A DNA stretch of 64,000 bases from an uncultured Spirochaetota bacterium (lineage in GTDB: Bacteria > Spirochaetota > Brevinematia > Brevinematales > JAOACQ01), in assembly GCA_963835575.1 (NCBI GenBank), contig CAWIGG010000006.1:288001-352000 (forward strand), given 5' to 3'. Below the pieces are notes generated by a model. The model worked only from the letters and a program-made list of their open reading frames with translations, was not told where the DNA came from and made no database searches. Of the stretch, positions 38,284-47,303 are shown in pieces; the first letter of the stretch is position 1; every line of letters begins with the position of its first letter. Position numbers and translations under genes: made by a program.

Positions 38284-38555
38284 TTTCACACAGAGCTCAC
38301 GGACAGACTGTGTGAAAAGTCGGTGTTTTGCATCGTAATTCTATATTGTTCGTTCCGTAACTTCAATAAATACGTGGCGAAAAATAGTTTTCACACAGTC
38401 TGGGAGAACACAGAGCGATGCTCTGACCCCTCACCAATTTATCAGAATGTGCAGAATATGCAGAAAAATGATGAGGTGCGAAGTGAAAACAGAGTTCTTT
38501 TTAATATAAAAACATGAAGTATTTCAACCTTAAACTCTGCGGCCTCTGTGTGAAA
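38284..38555. repeat. Inverted-repeat element with CACAGAG triplet arms; left arm split by a MITE
   Basis: tttcacacagagctcacgga[MITE]ggagaacacagag / ctctgcggcctctgtgtgaaa (38535-38555). Confidence 0.7.
38304..38402. mobile_element. 99-bp MITE with 15-bp perfect TIRs (IS1182-like ends) and GGA direct repeat
   Basis: gga|cagactgtgtgaaaa ... ttttcacacagtctg|gga. Confidence 0.7.
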
Positions 38556-38699
38556 ATAAAACAAACGAAAATTAACACGCGACTAATTTTGACTTTAAGG
38601 TTTCCTGTTCTTTAAAATAATAAATCAAATAATATTATGGAGTCGGTTCCTCCCTGCCTTTCCGGCGGGGGAATTGATGTCTATTAAGGAGAGAAAAAT

Positions 38700-39605
38700 A
38701 TGTTCGCGTTTCTGAATCAGCCGGATATCAGCCCCATTATCCTTCAGCTCTGGGGCCCTTTTGCCGTCAGGTGGTACAGCCTGATGTATGTGCTGGGCTT
38801 TTTATTCAGCTATTTGTTTATTTACAGACAGATAAAAAAAGGAAAGATCAAAGTTACCGACACTGAGCTTTCCGATGTCGTTTTTTACGCTTTTCTGGGC
38901 GTGATCCTGGGCGGAAGGCTGGGCTATGTATTATTTTACAACCTCGGTTATTACCTGCAGAATCCCCAGGACATCATTAAAATCTGGGAAGGGGGATTAT
39001 CATTTCATGGGGCTTTTATTGGAGTGATCGTTTCCGAATGGATTTATACCATCCTGAAAAAGAAGAATTATCTGAACATCGCGGATATTTTTATCGTGCC
39101 TGTCCCTTTCTGCCTTTTTCTGGGGCGCTGGGGTAATTTTGTGAACGGCGAGCTCTGGGGAAAGCCGACAGCGGTTCCCTGGGGAATGCAATTCAGAACT
39201 GTACCGCAAAACCGCTGGTTTCCGATAGCCGAGCCTTGGGTCCAGGAGTTGATGAAAAAAACGGGGATGAGCCCGGAGTCCGGACAGAATTTAGTCAATC
39301 TGCCCAGGCATCCCTCCCAGCTTTATGAAATGGCCCTGGAAGGCCTGCTGCTTTTTATCATACTTCTACTTGTATCAAGGTTAAAGAATAAACCGAGGGG
39401 CCTGGTATTTTCAGTCTTCTTCCTGGGTTACGGCGCGGCCCGCTTTTTTGTGGAGTTTTTCCGCGAGCCGGACAGTCAGCTCGGCTATCTTGCCGGAGGC
39501 TGGCTGACAATGGGGATGGTACTGAGCCTTCCGATGATCCTGATCGGCATTACCGGGATTATTTTATCCCTTAAGATGAATAAAAGGAATGAATTGTGGG
39601 CCTGA
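38700..39605 (+). CDS. lgt: Prolipoprotein diacylglyceryl transferase
   Basis: RWYSLMY, GGRLGYVLFY, WEGGLSFHG, GRWGNFVNGELWG, HPSQLYE, EFFREPD. Confidence 0.96.
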   Translation: MFAFLNQPDISPIILQLWGPFAVRWYSLMYVLGFLFSYLFIYRQIKKGKIKVTDTELSDVVFYAFLGVILGGRLGYVLFYNLGYYLQNPQDIIKIWEGGLSFHGAFIGVIVSEWIYTILKKKNYLNIADIFIVPVPFCLFLGRWGNFVNGELWGKPTAVPWGMQFRTVPQNRWFPIAEPWVQELMKKTGMSPESGQNLVNLPRHPSQLYEMALEGLLLFIILLLVSRLKNKPRGLVFSVFFLGYGAARFFVEFFREPDSQLGYLAGGWLTMGMVLSLPMILIGITGIILSLKMNKRNELWA

Positions 39606-41359
39606 TCCATGAACTGGATTACAATACAGTTGTAAAAATCGCCGCAGGCGAAGTGATCGAGCGGCCTGCGTCCGTTGTCCGGGAACTATTGGACAATTCC
39701 ATAGACGCCGGGGCCGGCAGGATTTCGGTCCACATCTCGAACGGCGGAAAGACATATATCGAAGTGCAGGACAATGGAAGGGGAATGGATAAAATAGACC
39801 TTGAAATCTGCACAAAGAACCATACAACCAGTAAAATCACTTCATTTGACGATATCGGCCGCCTCTCTACCCTGGGTTTCAGGGGCGAGGCCCTTTCAAG
39901 CATTGCTGAAGCGGCGGATTTGAATATTCTTTCACGGACCGGGGAAAGCCAGTCCGGCTATTCCCTTGAAGTAAAGGAAGGCCGCGTCCTGTCTTTTAAA
40001 GAATCCGGCATGAATACGGGCACGACGGTCGTTGTCAAAAATCTTTTCAATCATATTCCAGCCCGGCTGAAATTCCTGGCCCCAGACAATTCGGAGCAGA
40101 AATTCCTGAACAGGGAAATCATAAAAAAAGCTCTTGCGTTCCCGGAAATAAGTTTTGAGTTCCTGATCGACGGGAAAAGAAAATATATATCTCCCGATAA
40201 AAATTCGCTTCTCGAACGGATAGCTGATTTTTATCCGGACGCCCTGGAATATCTTATTCCCGTTGAGGGAATGGGCGCTCATTTTTCGGTTATGGGTTTT
40301 GTCACAAGGCCGGCTTTTCTGCGGGCCAACCGGATGTACCAGAACATGTTTGTCAACCGCCGGGCCGTGGAATGGAAGAATTTTTATTTTGCCGTGAATA
40401 ACGCCTACGGCAATCTGGTCCCGAAAGGCTATTTCCCGGGCGTTTTTTTATACCTTACGGTGGAACCGGAGTATCTGGACGTCAATGTCCATCCGATGAA
40501 AAGGGAAGTGCGCTTCAGGGAAGAAAGCGCCATTTCAAAGGCTGTACAGGAAGCTATTCACAGGGCCATTATGGAGGACACGGGCATATCGGAAGCGGAG
40601 GAGGGAGAAGTCCGCTTTACGCCTTATGAAAAAAAGATCAGCGGCGCGATTTCCGCTTTTATGGAAAAAAAAGACGGCTTTGCCGGGGATTTTATAAGAG
40701 TCTCTCCGGCCTCGCCAATCACGGAAACCAATCATAAATTGCCCGGAAAAGAATTATTCACGGCTGAAGCTCAGGCTCTTTCCGCATGCCGTTTTGTCGG
40801 GATCATATTCATGACATATCTTCTTTTTGAAAGCGATGAAGAGCTGATCATGCTGGACCAGCACGCGGCGCATGAAAGGATCAATTATGAAAAACTGAAG
40901 GAAAATTATGATAAGTGCCTTCTGACCCCGCAGGAATTTCTCACGCCTGTCAGCATCGATGTCCCTTCGGATATTATTGACGGCTTGAATGAAAACCTGC
41001 CCCTGCTCAAATCGATGGGTTTTCTTGTGGAGCATTTTGGGGGCGCGAGTTTTGTCATCCGCGGCGCGCCGCCTTTTATCGATTATCAGGAAGCAGGGGA
41101 TGCCGTTATGGGCTTTGTAGAGACGCTGGAGGAAAACAGCGGCGCGAAGGCTTCCGATTTTATCGACCGGGCTTTGAAGCAGATGGCCTGTAAAAAATCG
41201 GTCCGCTCGCGTGAAAGCCTTTCGAAAGAGGAGGCCCTCTCGCTTGTCAGGGAATGGGAAAATACGCCGAACCGCTTTTCATGCCCTCATGGAAGACCTG
41301 CCGCTTTCAGTATATCAAAAAAAGACATAGAAAAGCAGTTCAAGCGCCTGGGATTCTAA
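39596..41359 (+). CDS. mutL: DNA mismatch repair endonuclease MutL
   Basis: IAAGEVIERPASVVRELLDNSIDAGA, GFRGEAL, DVNVHP.KREV, DQHAAHERINYE, ACK, CPHGRP. Confidence 0.96.
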   Translation: MGLIHELDYNTVVKIAAGEVIERPASVVRELLDNSIDAGAGRISVHISNGGKTYIEVQDNGRGMDKIDLEICTKNHTTSKITSFDDIGRLSTLGFRGEALSSIAEAADLNILSRTGESQSGYSLEVKEGRVLSFKESGMNTGTTVVVKNLFNHIPARLKFLAPDNSEQKFLNREIIKKALAFPEISFEFLIDGKRKYISPDKNSLLERIADFYPDALEYLIPVEGMGAHFSVMGFVTRPAFLRANRMYQNMFVNRRAVEWKNFYFAVNNAYGNLVPKGYFPGVFLYLTVEPEYLDVNVHPMKREVRFREESAISKAVQEAIHRAIMEDTGISEAEEGEVRFTPYEKKISGAISAFMEKKDGFAGDFIRVSPASPITETNHKLPGKELFTAEAQALSACRFVGIIFMTYLLFESDEELIMLDQHAAHERINYEKLKENYDKCLLTPQEFLTPVSIDVPSDIIDGLNENLPLLKSMGFLVEHFGGASFVIRGAPPFIDYQEAGDAVMGFVETLEENSGAKASDFIDRALKQMACKKSVRSRESLSKEEALSLVREWENTPNRFSCPHGRPAAFSISKKDIEKQFKRLGF

Positions 41360-41388
41360 ACTTGCGAAAAAATAGTTAGTTTGGCTTT

Positions 41389-41430
41389 TAAATAAAAACC
41401 CCCGCGCGTTGTGCGGGAGGTTTTTATTTA
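41389..41430. terminator. Bidirectional intrinsic terminator between convergent mutL and lipoprotein genes
   Basis: taaataaaaacccccgcgc-gtt-gtgcgggaggtttttattta. Confidence 0.7.
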
Positions 41431-41461
41431 TAGGTATTGTTTATTTCAGTTCAGGAATTGA

Positions 41462-41851
41462 TCAATTCCTTGTGAATTCAATATAATAGGATGAATTTGT
41501 CGGATTGAACATCTTGAGTATGTTATATTCCGGGAAATCATAAATTGCCGACATTGTATTTGCTGAAGGGGTTGTGTAATATATATTTAACGCCTTGCCG
41601 GCAGTATCAATTGTCCATCGTCCTTTTGACTGATCCCCCGTTGCCGGAATGGTTGCTATATAAGTCCTGTCGGATTTGAATTCTGCCTGATAGGTTGATT
41701 TGTCCTTGGAATCATAGACAATTGTGTTGGTAGGACTCACATCTTTGGACAGCCACCACTTACCCTCGATTTTTGAATCGTCAAATAAGAGACTGCATGA
41801 ATTGAACACGACCACAGCGCAGAAAAAGAATAAAATAACTGAATTTTTCAT
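41462..41851 (-). CDS. Small lipoprotein, lipocalin-like domain
   Basis: Lipobox-like FNSC; IEGKW and KGRW motifs; GGAGG RBS. Confidence 0.65.
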   Translation of the reverse strand: MKNSVILFFFCAVVVFNSCSLLFDDSKIEGKWWLSKDVSPTNTIVYDSKDKSTYQAEFKSDRTYIATIPATGDQSKGRWTIDTAGKALNIYYTTPSANTMSAIYDFPEYNILKMFNPTNSSYYIEFTRN

Positions 41852-41933
41852 TTTTCCTCCTCCCTCGACACCCAAACCTATTATATTATACCATATTCCG
41901 ATCAAATTTTAAAGTAAAAAAGTAATGTTCCTG

Positions 41934-42086
41934 AATTGAGTGATTTATTTTTTATTTATCTGCAATGTATGATATGGTAGTTTTCCACCCCGCGCCGGTT
42001 CCTGAGTAGCCCGACAGGGCGTATCGAAGGACGCGGGGTGGAAAACTACCAATTAATAAGCTTTTGATAAAAGAACCACTCAAATT
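41934..42086. repeat. AATTGAG-family element enclosing a 20-bp-stem hairpin with a REP-like loop insert
   Basis: aattgagtgatt ... aaccactcaaatt; inner tggtagttttccaccccgcg[ccggttcctgagtagcccgacagggcgtatcgaagga]cgcggggtggaaaactacca (41975-42051). Confidence 0.7.
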
Positions 42087-42151
42087 AAGATATTGATAAT
42101 TTGGTGTAATTCACTTAAAATATTGATTATTATGGAGGATGGAAATTTATC

Positions 42152-44059
42152 ATGACCCTGGATAAGGCGATAGACTTTTTAAATACCTTTATCAATTTCG
42201 AGAAAAATCCGGGAAAATACGGCCCCCTGACATACATTCCGGAAAGGGTCGGTTTGATGCTTGATAAAGCCGGCCTGGATGCCGGCGGCATAAAAATCAT
42301 TCATATCGCCGGAACAAAGGGAAAAGGCAGTACGGCGCATTACGCATCAAGGCTTCTTGAGTTATCAAAAGGCGGGAAAACCGGCCTTTATACTTCGCCC
42401 CATGTTCTAAAAATCAATGAAAGAATACGGATCAATTCGGAAATGATATCCGATGAGGATCTCATCAGGCTCATTGAAAAGTATCATAATTTCATACAAA
42501 AATATAATTGGGAAGACAGGCTGACCTATTTTGATGTGATGACTTTTCTTGCCATGGCCTGTTTTATTGAGAATGCCTGCGATTATATTGTGCTGGAGAC
42601 CGGGCTTGGCGGCAGGCTGGACTCGACAAATTTCTGTAAACCTGTTGTCTCGGTGATCACATCCATCGGCTTTGATCATACGGCCCTGCTGGGCGGAACG
42701 CTGGCGGAAATCGCCGGGGAAAAAGCCGGCATCATTAAAGAAAAAACACCGGTTATTTCGGCCTTTCAGGGAAAAGAGGCTCTTGCCAGGCTGAAACAGG
42801 AAGCGGAAAAAAAGGAATCCCTGTTTTATTACCTGCCTCTACTGGCAAAGTATAAGATCCATAAAAGGAGCGGCCTCGGCAGTGTTTTCGATATTCGCAT
42901 AAAACTGCGGAACAAAAGCCTTGTCTTGAAAAATATTCATCTTTCCCAGACAGGGGATGTTTATGTGGAAAACTTCCTGACGGCCTTAACGGCAGTATTG
43001 ACGGCCGGCGTCAGGCTTTCAGAAGAGAATATCCGAACCTGCGCGCGGATGAGAATCCCGTTCCGGACGGAAAAAAGAGGGAATTTTATCCTTGACGCCG
43101 CGCATAATGACAGCTCCATGGAAAGCCTTTTTAAAACAATCAGGGAGTATTATAAACCCGTTCGGGTAAACCTTTACATCGGCATCCTTTCCGACAAGGA
43201 GCTCCCCAGGATCGCGGAAAAAATAAAAAAGTACGCCGGACTATTTCAGAACATCATTCTTTACGATTTTCCCTCGGCCCGAGGGAGCGGCGGAAAAACG
43301 CTTTATGAAATGGTAAAAAGCCTGCCTCAATCGGATTATAAAAAAGATCTGTCAAAGATAAAAATTGAAAAAGATTCTTTGAATGTGTTTACGGGCTCTT
43401 TCCAGAATATGGATAAAATCCTCAATTCTATTTCCATGGAAGAAGAGGAATACGTTTCCTTTCTGAACCGGGGGCTGGACGTGCCGGAATGGGAAGAGCT
43501 GTACCTTGAGGCCGTTAAAGATAAAATCCCTGTCATCAGGAAAGAGACGGCGCGGCTACTGTATTTTCTCATTAAGGCAAAAGCGCCGCGGAATGTCCTG
43601 GAAATAGGCTCCGGCAGCGGTTATTCCACCCTCTGGCTCATGAAAGGCCTGCCGGAAGGTTCGAAAATCACCGCTCTGGAGCGCGACTCGAAGCGCTTTA
43701 CCCGGCTTAAAAAAGTTTTTCGCGGCTGTAAAAAAATCAGGCTCCTCCGCCGGGACGCATTTGACTTTCTTGGTAAAACAAGTGAAATGTTTGATTTTGT
43801 TTTTCTCGACGCGCAGAAAAGGGATTACCCGGCGTATTTAAGCATTCTCCGGAATAAGATCATTAAGGACGGGGTCCTCGCCGCGGATAATTTTCTTTTC
43901 GCCGGCATGGCGGCATCTCTGCCGGAGGATAAAAAGGGAAAATACATGGGTGGTGTCAGACTCCTCAGGGAATTTAACGAGGAGCTTTCGCGGGACAATT
44001 GCTTCGAGGCGCTGTTTTTATCCCTTGAGGACGGGGTGGTGATCGCGGAGAGGAGATAG
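42152..44059 (+). CDS. folC: Folylpolyglutamate/dihydrofolate synthase fused to a class I SAM O-methyltransferase
   Basis: HIAGTKGKGST, YTSPH, ETGLGGRLDSTN, EKAGIIK, LDAAHN; C-terminal LEIGSGSGYS, FDFVFLDAQK, ADN. Confidence 0.85.
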   Translation: MTLDKAIDFLNTFINFEKNPGKYGPLTYIPERVGLMLDKAGLDAGGIKIIHIAGTKGKGSTAHYASRLLELSKGGKTGLYTSPHVLKINERIRINSEMISDEDLIRLIEKYHNFIQKYNWEDRLTYFDVMTFLAMACFIENACDYIVLETGLGGRLDSTNFCKPVVSVITSIGFDHTALLGGTLAEIAGEKAGIIKEKTPVISAFQGKEALARLKQEAEKKESLFYYLPLLAKYKIHKRSGLGSVFDIRIKLRNKSLVLKNIHLSQTGDVYVENFLTALTAVLTAGVRLSEENIRTCARMRIPFRTEKRGNFILDAAHNDSSMESLFKTIREYYKPVRVNLYIGILSDKELPRIAEKIKKYAGLFQNIILYDFPSARGSGGKTLYEMVKSLPQSDYKKDLSKIKIEKDSLNVFTGSFQNMDKILNSISMEEEEYVSFLNRGLDVPEWEELYLEAVKDKIPVIRKETARLLYFLIKAKAPRNVLEIGSGSGYSTLWLMKGLPEGSKITALERDSKRFTRLKKVFRGCKKIRLLRRDAFDFLGKTSEMFDFVFLDAQKRDYPAYLSILRNKIIKDGVLAADNFLFAGMAASLPEDKKGKYMGGVRLLREFNEELSRDNCFEALFLSLEDGVVIAERR

Positions 44060-44077
44060 GAAAACCCGAAGGGCTGC

Positions 44078-45319
44078 CCGCGAATGCACGCGAATAGACG
44101 CGAATGGGAATAGCGGGGTGTCTGAATGATTAAAGGTTCTTTATGATTATTTTACAGGATTTTATTATAATAGGACGGTTGAAATTAAACACCAAGAACA
44201 CCAAGGACCACGAAGGGGGACCGGGAAAGGGTTTAGGGTTGATTAATGGTTTTTATGATGGGGTTTGCATACATTTATTAAAATAAAACTATAGGAATAA
44301 ACCATGGAGAACTCAGAGGGCATGGAGAATAGGAATAGTAAAAGTCTGAATGTTTCTCTGCTTTTTATTATTATTCTATTAATCCCTCTGCGTACTCTGC
44401 GCCTCAGCGGTTATTCTTTGTGTTCTTGGTGCCTTGATGTTCTTGGTATTTAAATTTAAAGTGAAGTCAATAAAGCAGGAAAAGGTTTATTATTGGAGGA
44501 GCTCTCTATGCTCGAACTCTACGCCCTTAAAATCGACGGCCAGTTGAGCCGCACTTTTTTCGATCAATTCCTCCCCTGCCTAAGCCCGGAGGGAAAGGCG
44601 CGCGCCGGCCGCTTCCATTTTTTCGAGGATGCCGTCCGCTTTACGGCGGCCGATGTCCTGACGCGCTCTGTCATCATCAAAAAACTGCGATGTAAGAATG
44701 AAGCGATCGTTTTTGAGAGAAATCCTTACGGCAAGCCTTTCCTCAAGGACAGGTCGGAAGTGCAATTCAATAAATCCCATTCGGGCCGCTGGGCCGTCTG
44801 CGCTTTTGACGAGACGCCCGCCGGCGCCGATATCCAGCAGGTCAGGCCTGTTAACTTCAAGCTGACCAAGCGCTATTTCTCGCCGCTTGAGGACGAGGTC
44901 TTTCAGAAAAAACCGGCGGAAGAAAAGACGGATTATTTTTTCGATATCTGGACGCTCAAGGAAAGCTATATCAAGGCCGTGGGGAAGGGGCTGTCGCTCG
45001 GGCTGAACACTTTCAGCGTTATTATGGAAAAAGACGGCATCAAAGTCAGATCAGGTTATGATGACCGCTATTATCTCAGACAATATAATATCGACCCGGC
45101 CTATAAGCTGGCCGTCTGCGGAGAGAGACCGGAATTCCCGGAAAAAGCCATTGTTATTTCAATGGATGAATTAATGAGAGAGGGGCTGGATTAAATTTTT
45201 TAAAACGCTCCCTGAGTGATTTTTTGGTGTGCCTTCTGCTGAGCTTTTCCAAAAAATTGTATCGAAGGGAGCTGTAATATATTAAAATTCACTTCGCGTC
45301 TATTCGCATATATTCGCGG
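44078..45319. repeat. Three nested pairs of triplet inverted arms, outermost pair enclosing the PPTase gene
   Basis: A 44078-44105, B 44187-44215, C 44300-44328, C' 44386-44412, B' 44416-44451, A' 45293-45319. Confidence 0.75.
44508..45194 (+). CDS. Sfp-type 4'-phosphopantetheinyl transferase
   Basis: YGKP, FNKSHSG, GADIQ, WTLKESYIKAVGKGL; GGAGG RBS. Confidence 0.9.
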   Translation: MLELYALKIDGQLSRTFFDQFLPCLSPEGKARAGRFHFFEDAVRFTAADVLTRSVIIKKLRCKNEAIVFERNPYGKPFLKDRSEVQFNKSHSGRWAVCAFDETPAGADIQQVRPVNFKLTKRYFSPLEDEVFQKKPAEEKTDYFFDIWTLKESYIKAVGKGLSLGLNTFSVIMEKDGIKVRSGYDDRYYLRQYNIDPAYKLAVCGERPEFPEKAIVISMDELMREGLD

Positions 45320-45369
45320 ATTATCCTGTAAGATTAAATTATCAGAAAAAAAAGAAATCTTTTAGATTG

Positions 45370-45429
45370 GACAGATTGCTTCACGCTGAAGCCAGAGGCA
45401 ATAACGATTACAGAATGTTCGCAATGACG
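45370..45429. repeat. GTCATTGCGAG/GAAGCAATC-type REP-like unit (reverse orientation)
   Basis: gacagattgcttc...ttcgcaatgacg; counterpart at 48122-48181. Confidence 0.6.
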
Positions 45430-45484
45430 CGATTAAGTATTGAATTACTGTGTTGTATATAAACAGAGATATTTTAATACAGCG

Positions 45485-46660
45485 TCATTTCGTTGCCAGG
45501 ATTTTTGTGATCCACACGATCGCCGCGGTGTGGCCGACGATGGCGCCGATGGTCACGGCGACGAACACGACGAGGATCTTCGTCACGCGGTTCTTGAAAA
45601 AGCCCTTGACGGTCTGGATGTCGTTATTCAGGCTCTCGAAATCCTTCACCTGCGGCTTCCGGAGCACGGCCTCGAGCGGGGCGAGCAGGATCCCGGCGCT
45701 GATGGGCGGCGCGATGAGCTTGATCGGCGCGGCTATCCACGCGGAAATGATGGTCAGCGGATGGGCCATGACGGCGAGCGCCGCTATGGATGTGCATGCG
45801 CCTGATGCCAGTACCCAGGCCCAGAGCATCGACACGCCTACATTGCTGCCTTTCATAAAGCCGAGGACGATCAAAGCCAGTATCGCAAGGCCGAGAAGCC
45901 ATGGGAATATCTTGGTGCCGATTCCGGCCGGCGGTACGGTTTCTATTATCGGGTCGTAGTTAAAACCCTTTTCGATCGTTTCCTGAATGCCCTTCAGATG
46001 GCCTTTTCCGACAACGGCGATGATTTTTTTACCCTCCGCCGTTATGATGCGGTGGGCCAGGTAGCGGTCGCGTTCGTCTATCAGGACTTCTTTGGCCTTC
46101 GGGAGCTTTTCGGCGAAAGTCGTCATCATCTCGTTCATCACGTCCTTGCCCTGCATCATTTCCTTGACGTCTTCCTTTTTTATTTCTTCCTTTGTGAAAA
46201 GCGCTTCCATTAATAATTCTAGAATTTTCATCTTGTCCGAGAATGAGGACAACTGCCATGCGCGGCGCAGCGTGACATTCACGTCGCGGTCCGCGAGGAC
46301 GACCTTTTTATTCTTTGCCTCGGCCAGCTGGAACGCCGTTATCATTTCATCGCCGGGGGCGGATTCCAGGTCAAGCCCGATCCTTTTCTGGAATGAGGAG
46401 AGGACCATATTGGCGAAGAGCAGGAAACCCTTGCCCTGCCGGATGACCTTGACTATATCCAGGTTTTGCCAGCGGTTCTTGTCCTTCAGGGACTGGTAGC
46501 GGGAATCGCAGAGCTCCACGCACACGGTGTCGGGATCGATTGTGTTGATGAGCTCCTCGACCTCCTTTTTGCTGTCAGCCAGGACATGGGCCGTACCCAG
46601 GATATAGATATCCTTTCCGTCTTTCTGGATTTTTATGCAGTTTGGTGATAAGTTTTCCAC
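45485..46660 (-). CDS. TraB/PrgY (pheromone shutdown) family protein
   Basis: LGTAHV, VCVELC..R, PGDEM, LADRD...TLRRAW, LIDERD.YLA, VVGKGHL; C-terminal TMs. Confidence 0.9.
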   Translation of the reverse strand: MENLSPNCIKIQKDGKDIYILGTAHVLADSKKEVEELINTIDPDTVCVELCDSRYQSLKDKNRWQNLDIVKVIRQGKGFLLFANMVLSSFQKRIGLDLESAPGDEMITAFQLAEAKNKKVVLADRDVNVTLRRAWQLSSFSDKMKILELLMEALFTKEEIKKEDVKEMMQGKDVMNEMMTTFAEKLPKAKEVLIDERDRYLAHRIITAEGKKIIAVVGKGHLKGIQETIEKGFNYDPIIETVPPAGIGTKIFPWLLGLAILALIVLGFMKGSNVGVSMLWAWVLASGACTSIAALAVMAHPLTIISAWIAAPIKLIAPPISAGILLAPLEAVLRKPQVKDFESLNNDIQTVKGFFKNRVTKILVVFVAVTIGAIVGHTAAIVWITKILATK

Positions 46661-46846
46661 GATATTTTTCCATAAATTAGATTACTGACAGATATGATTC
46701 ATACCGAGCAGCCGATTATTTTACATATATTAATGATTTAAGTCAAAATAAAACGGTTTTCAGGATATGGCGCCTGTATTAGATTATAATTTTTTGCGCT
46801 CTTTACTTTATTTCAACCGGGAAACCTGAAAGAAAGACCAAAAATT

Positions 46847-47225
46847 ACCACGAAGGACTCGAAGAACACGAAGAAAATTAGAAATGATATGAAATTAATT
46901 TTGGGCAGTTCTAAAAACTCAAATATTTAGAACTGCCGCTATTATATGAGTTCATGCTACCGCCCGAGTTCGCTGTCTGAAAAGATCATCAACCAGCGAA
47001 CTCTATACGGTAGCGCCAATGAAATTTACAAGAGATTCTATAACCGGGGCAGTTCCTCCCTCACCATTTTGGATTGCTTCAAGGCGGGCTTACAAAATGG
47101 TGAGGGATGGAACTGCCCTTTTATAATTCTTTGTTAAATAACTTTCAAAAGATTGTTGATTATTTAAAATCCAATGAATAATAAATAAATCAAAAAAGCT
47201 TCGTGTTCTTCGTGATCTTCGTGGT
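46847..47225. repeat. Inverted-repeat element with CACGAAG triplet arms enclosing MITE copy 2
   Basis: accacgaaggactcgaagaacacgaag (46847-46873) / cttcgtgttcttcgtgatcttcgtggt (47199-47225). Confidence 0.8.
46903..47118. mobile_element. MITE copy 2 (IS5-like ends) with the shared 154-bp cassette and a different 3' hairpin
   Basis: 46903-47056 matches 11130-11283 with 2 substitutions seen; ends in ggaactgccc. Confidence 0.75.
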
Positions 47226-47303
47226 TAAAATCGTAATATCAGTATATAAATTACTTTTCTTGGATATTAATAGCCTTATTCAAAAAAATGTAAGTCATAT
47301 TTT

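Noticed and set aside
44078..45319. Integron attC cassette array
   Set aside because: No consistent RYYYAAC...GTTRRRY ends and no integron integrase; the flanking genes are mostly housekeeping
45485..46660. TraB as evidence of a conjugative element
   Set aside because: It is the TraB/PrgY protease-like family common on chromosomes; no T4SS, relaxase or integrase nearby
46946..47137. 63-aa ORF inside MITE copy 2
   Set aside because: The other copy has a TAA at the equivalent position (caattaa vs caatgaa), so coding is not conserved
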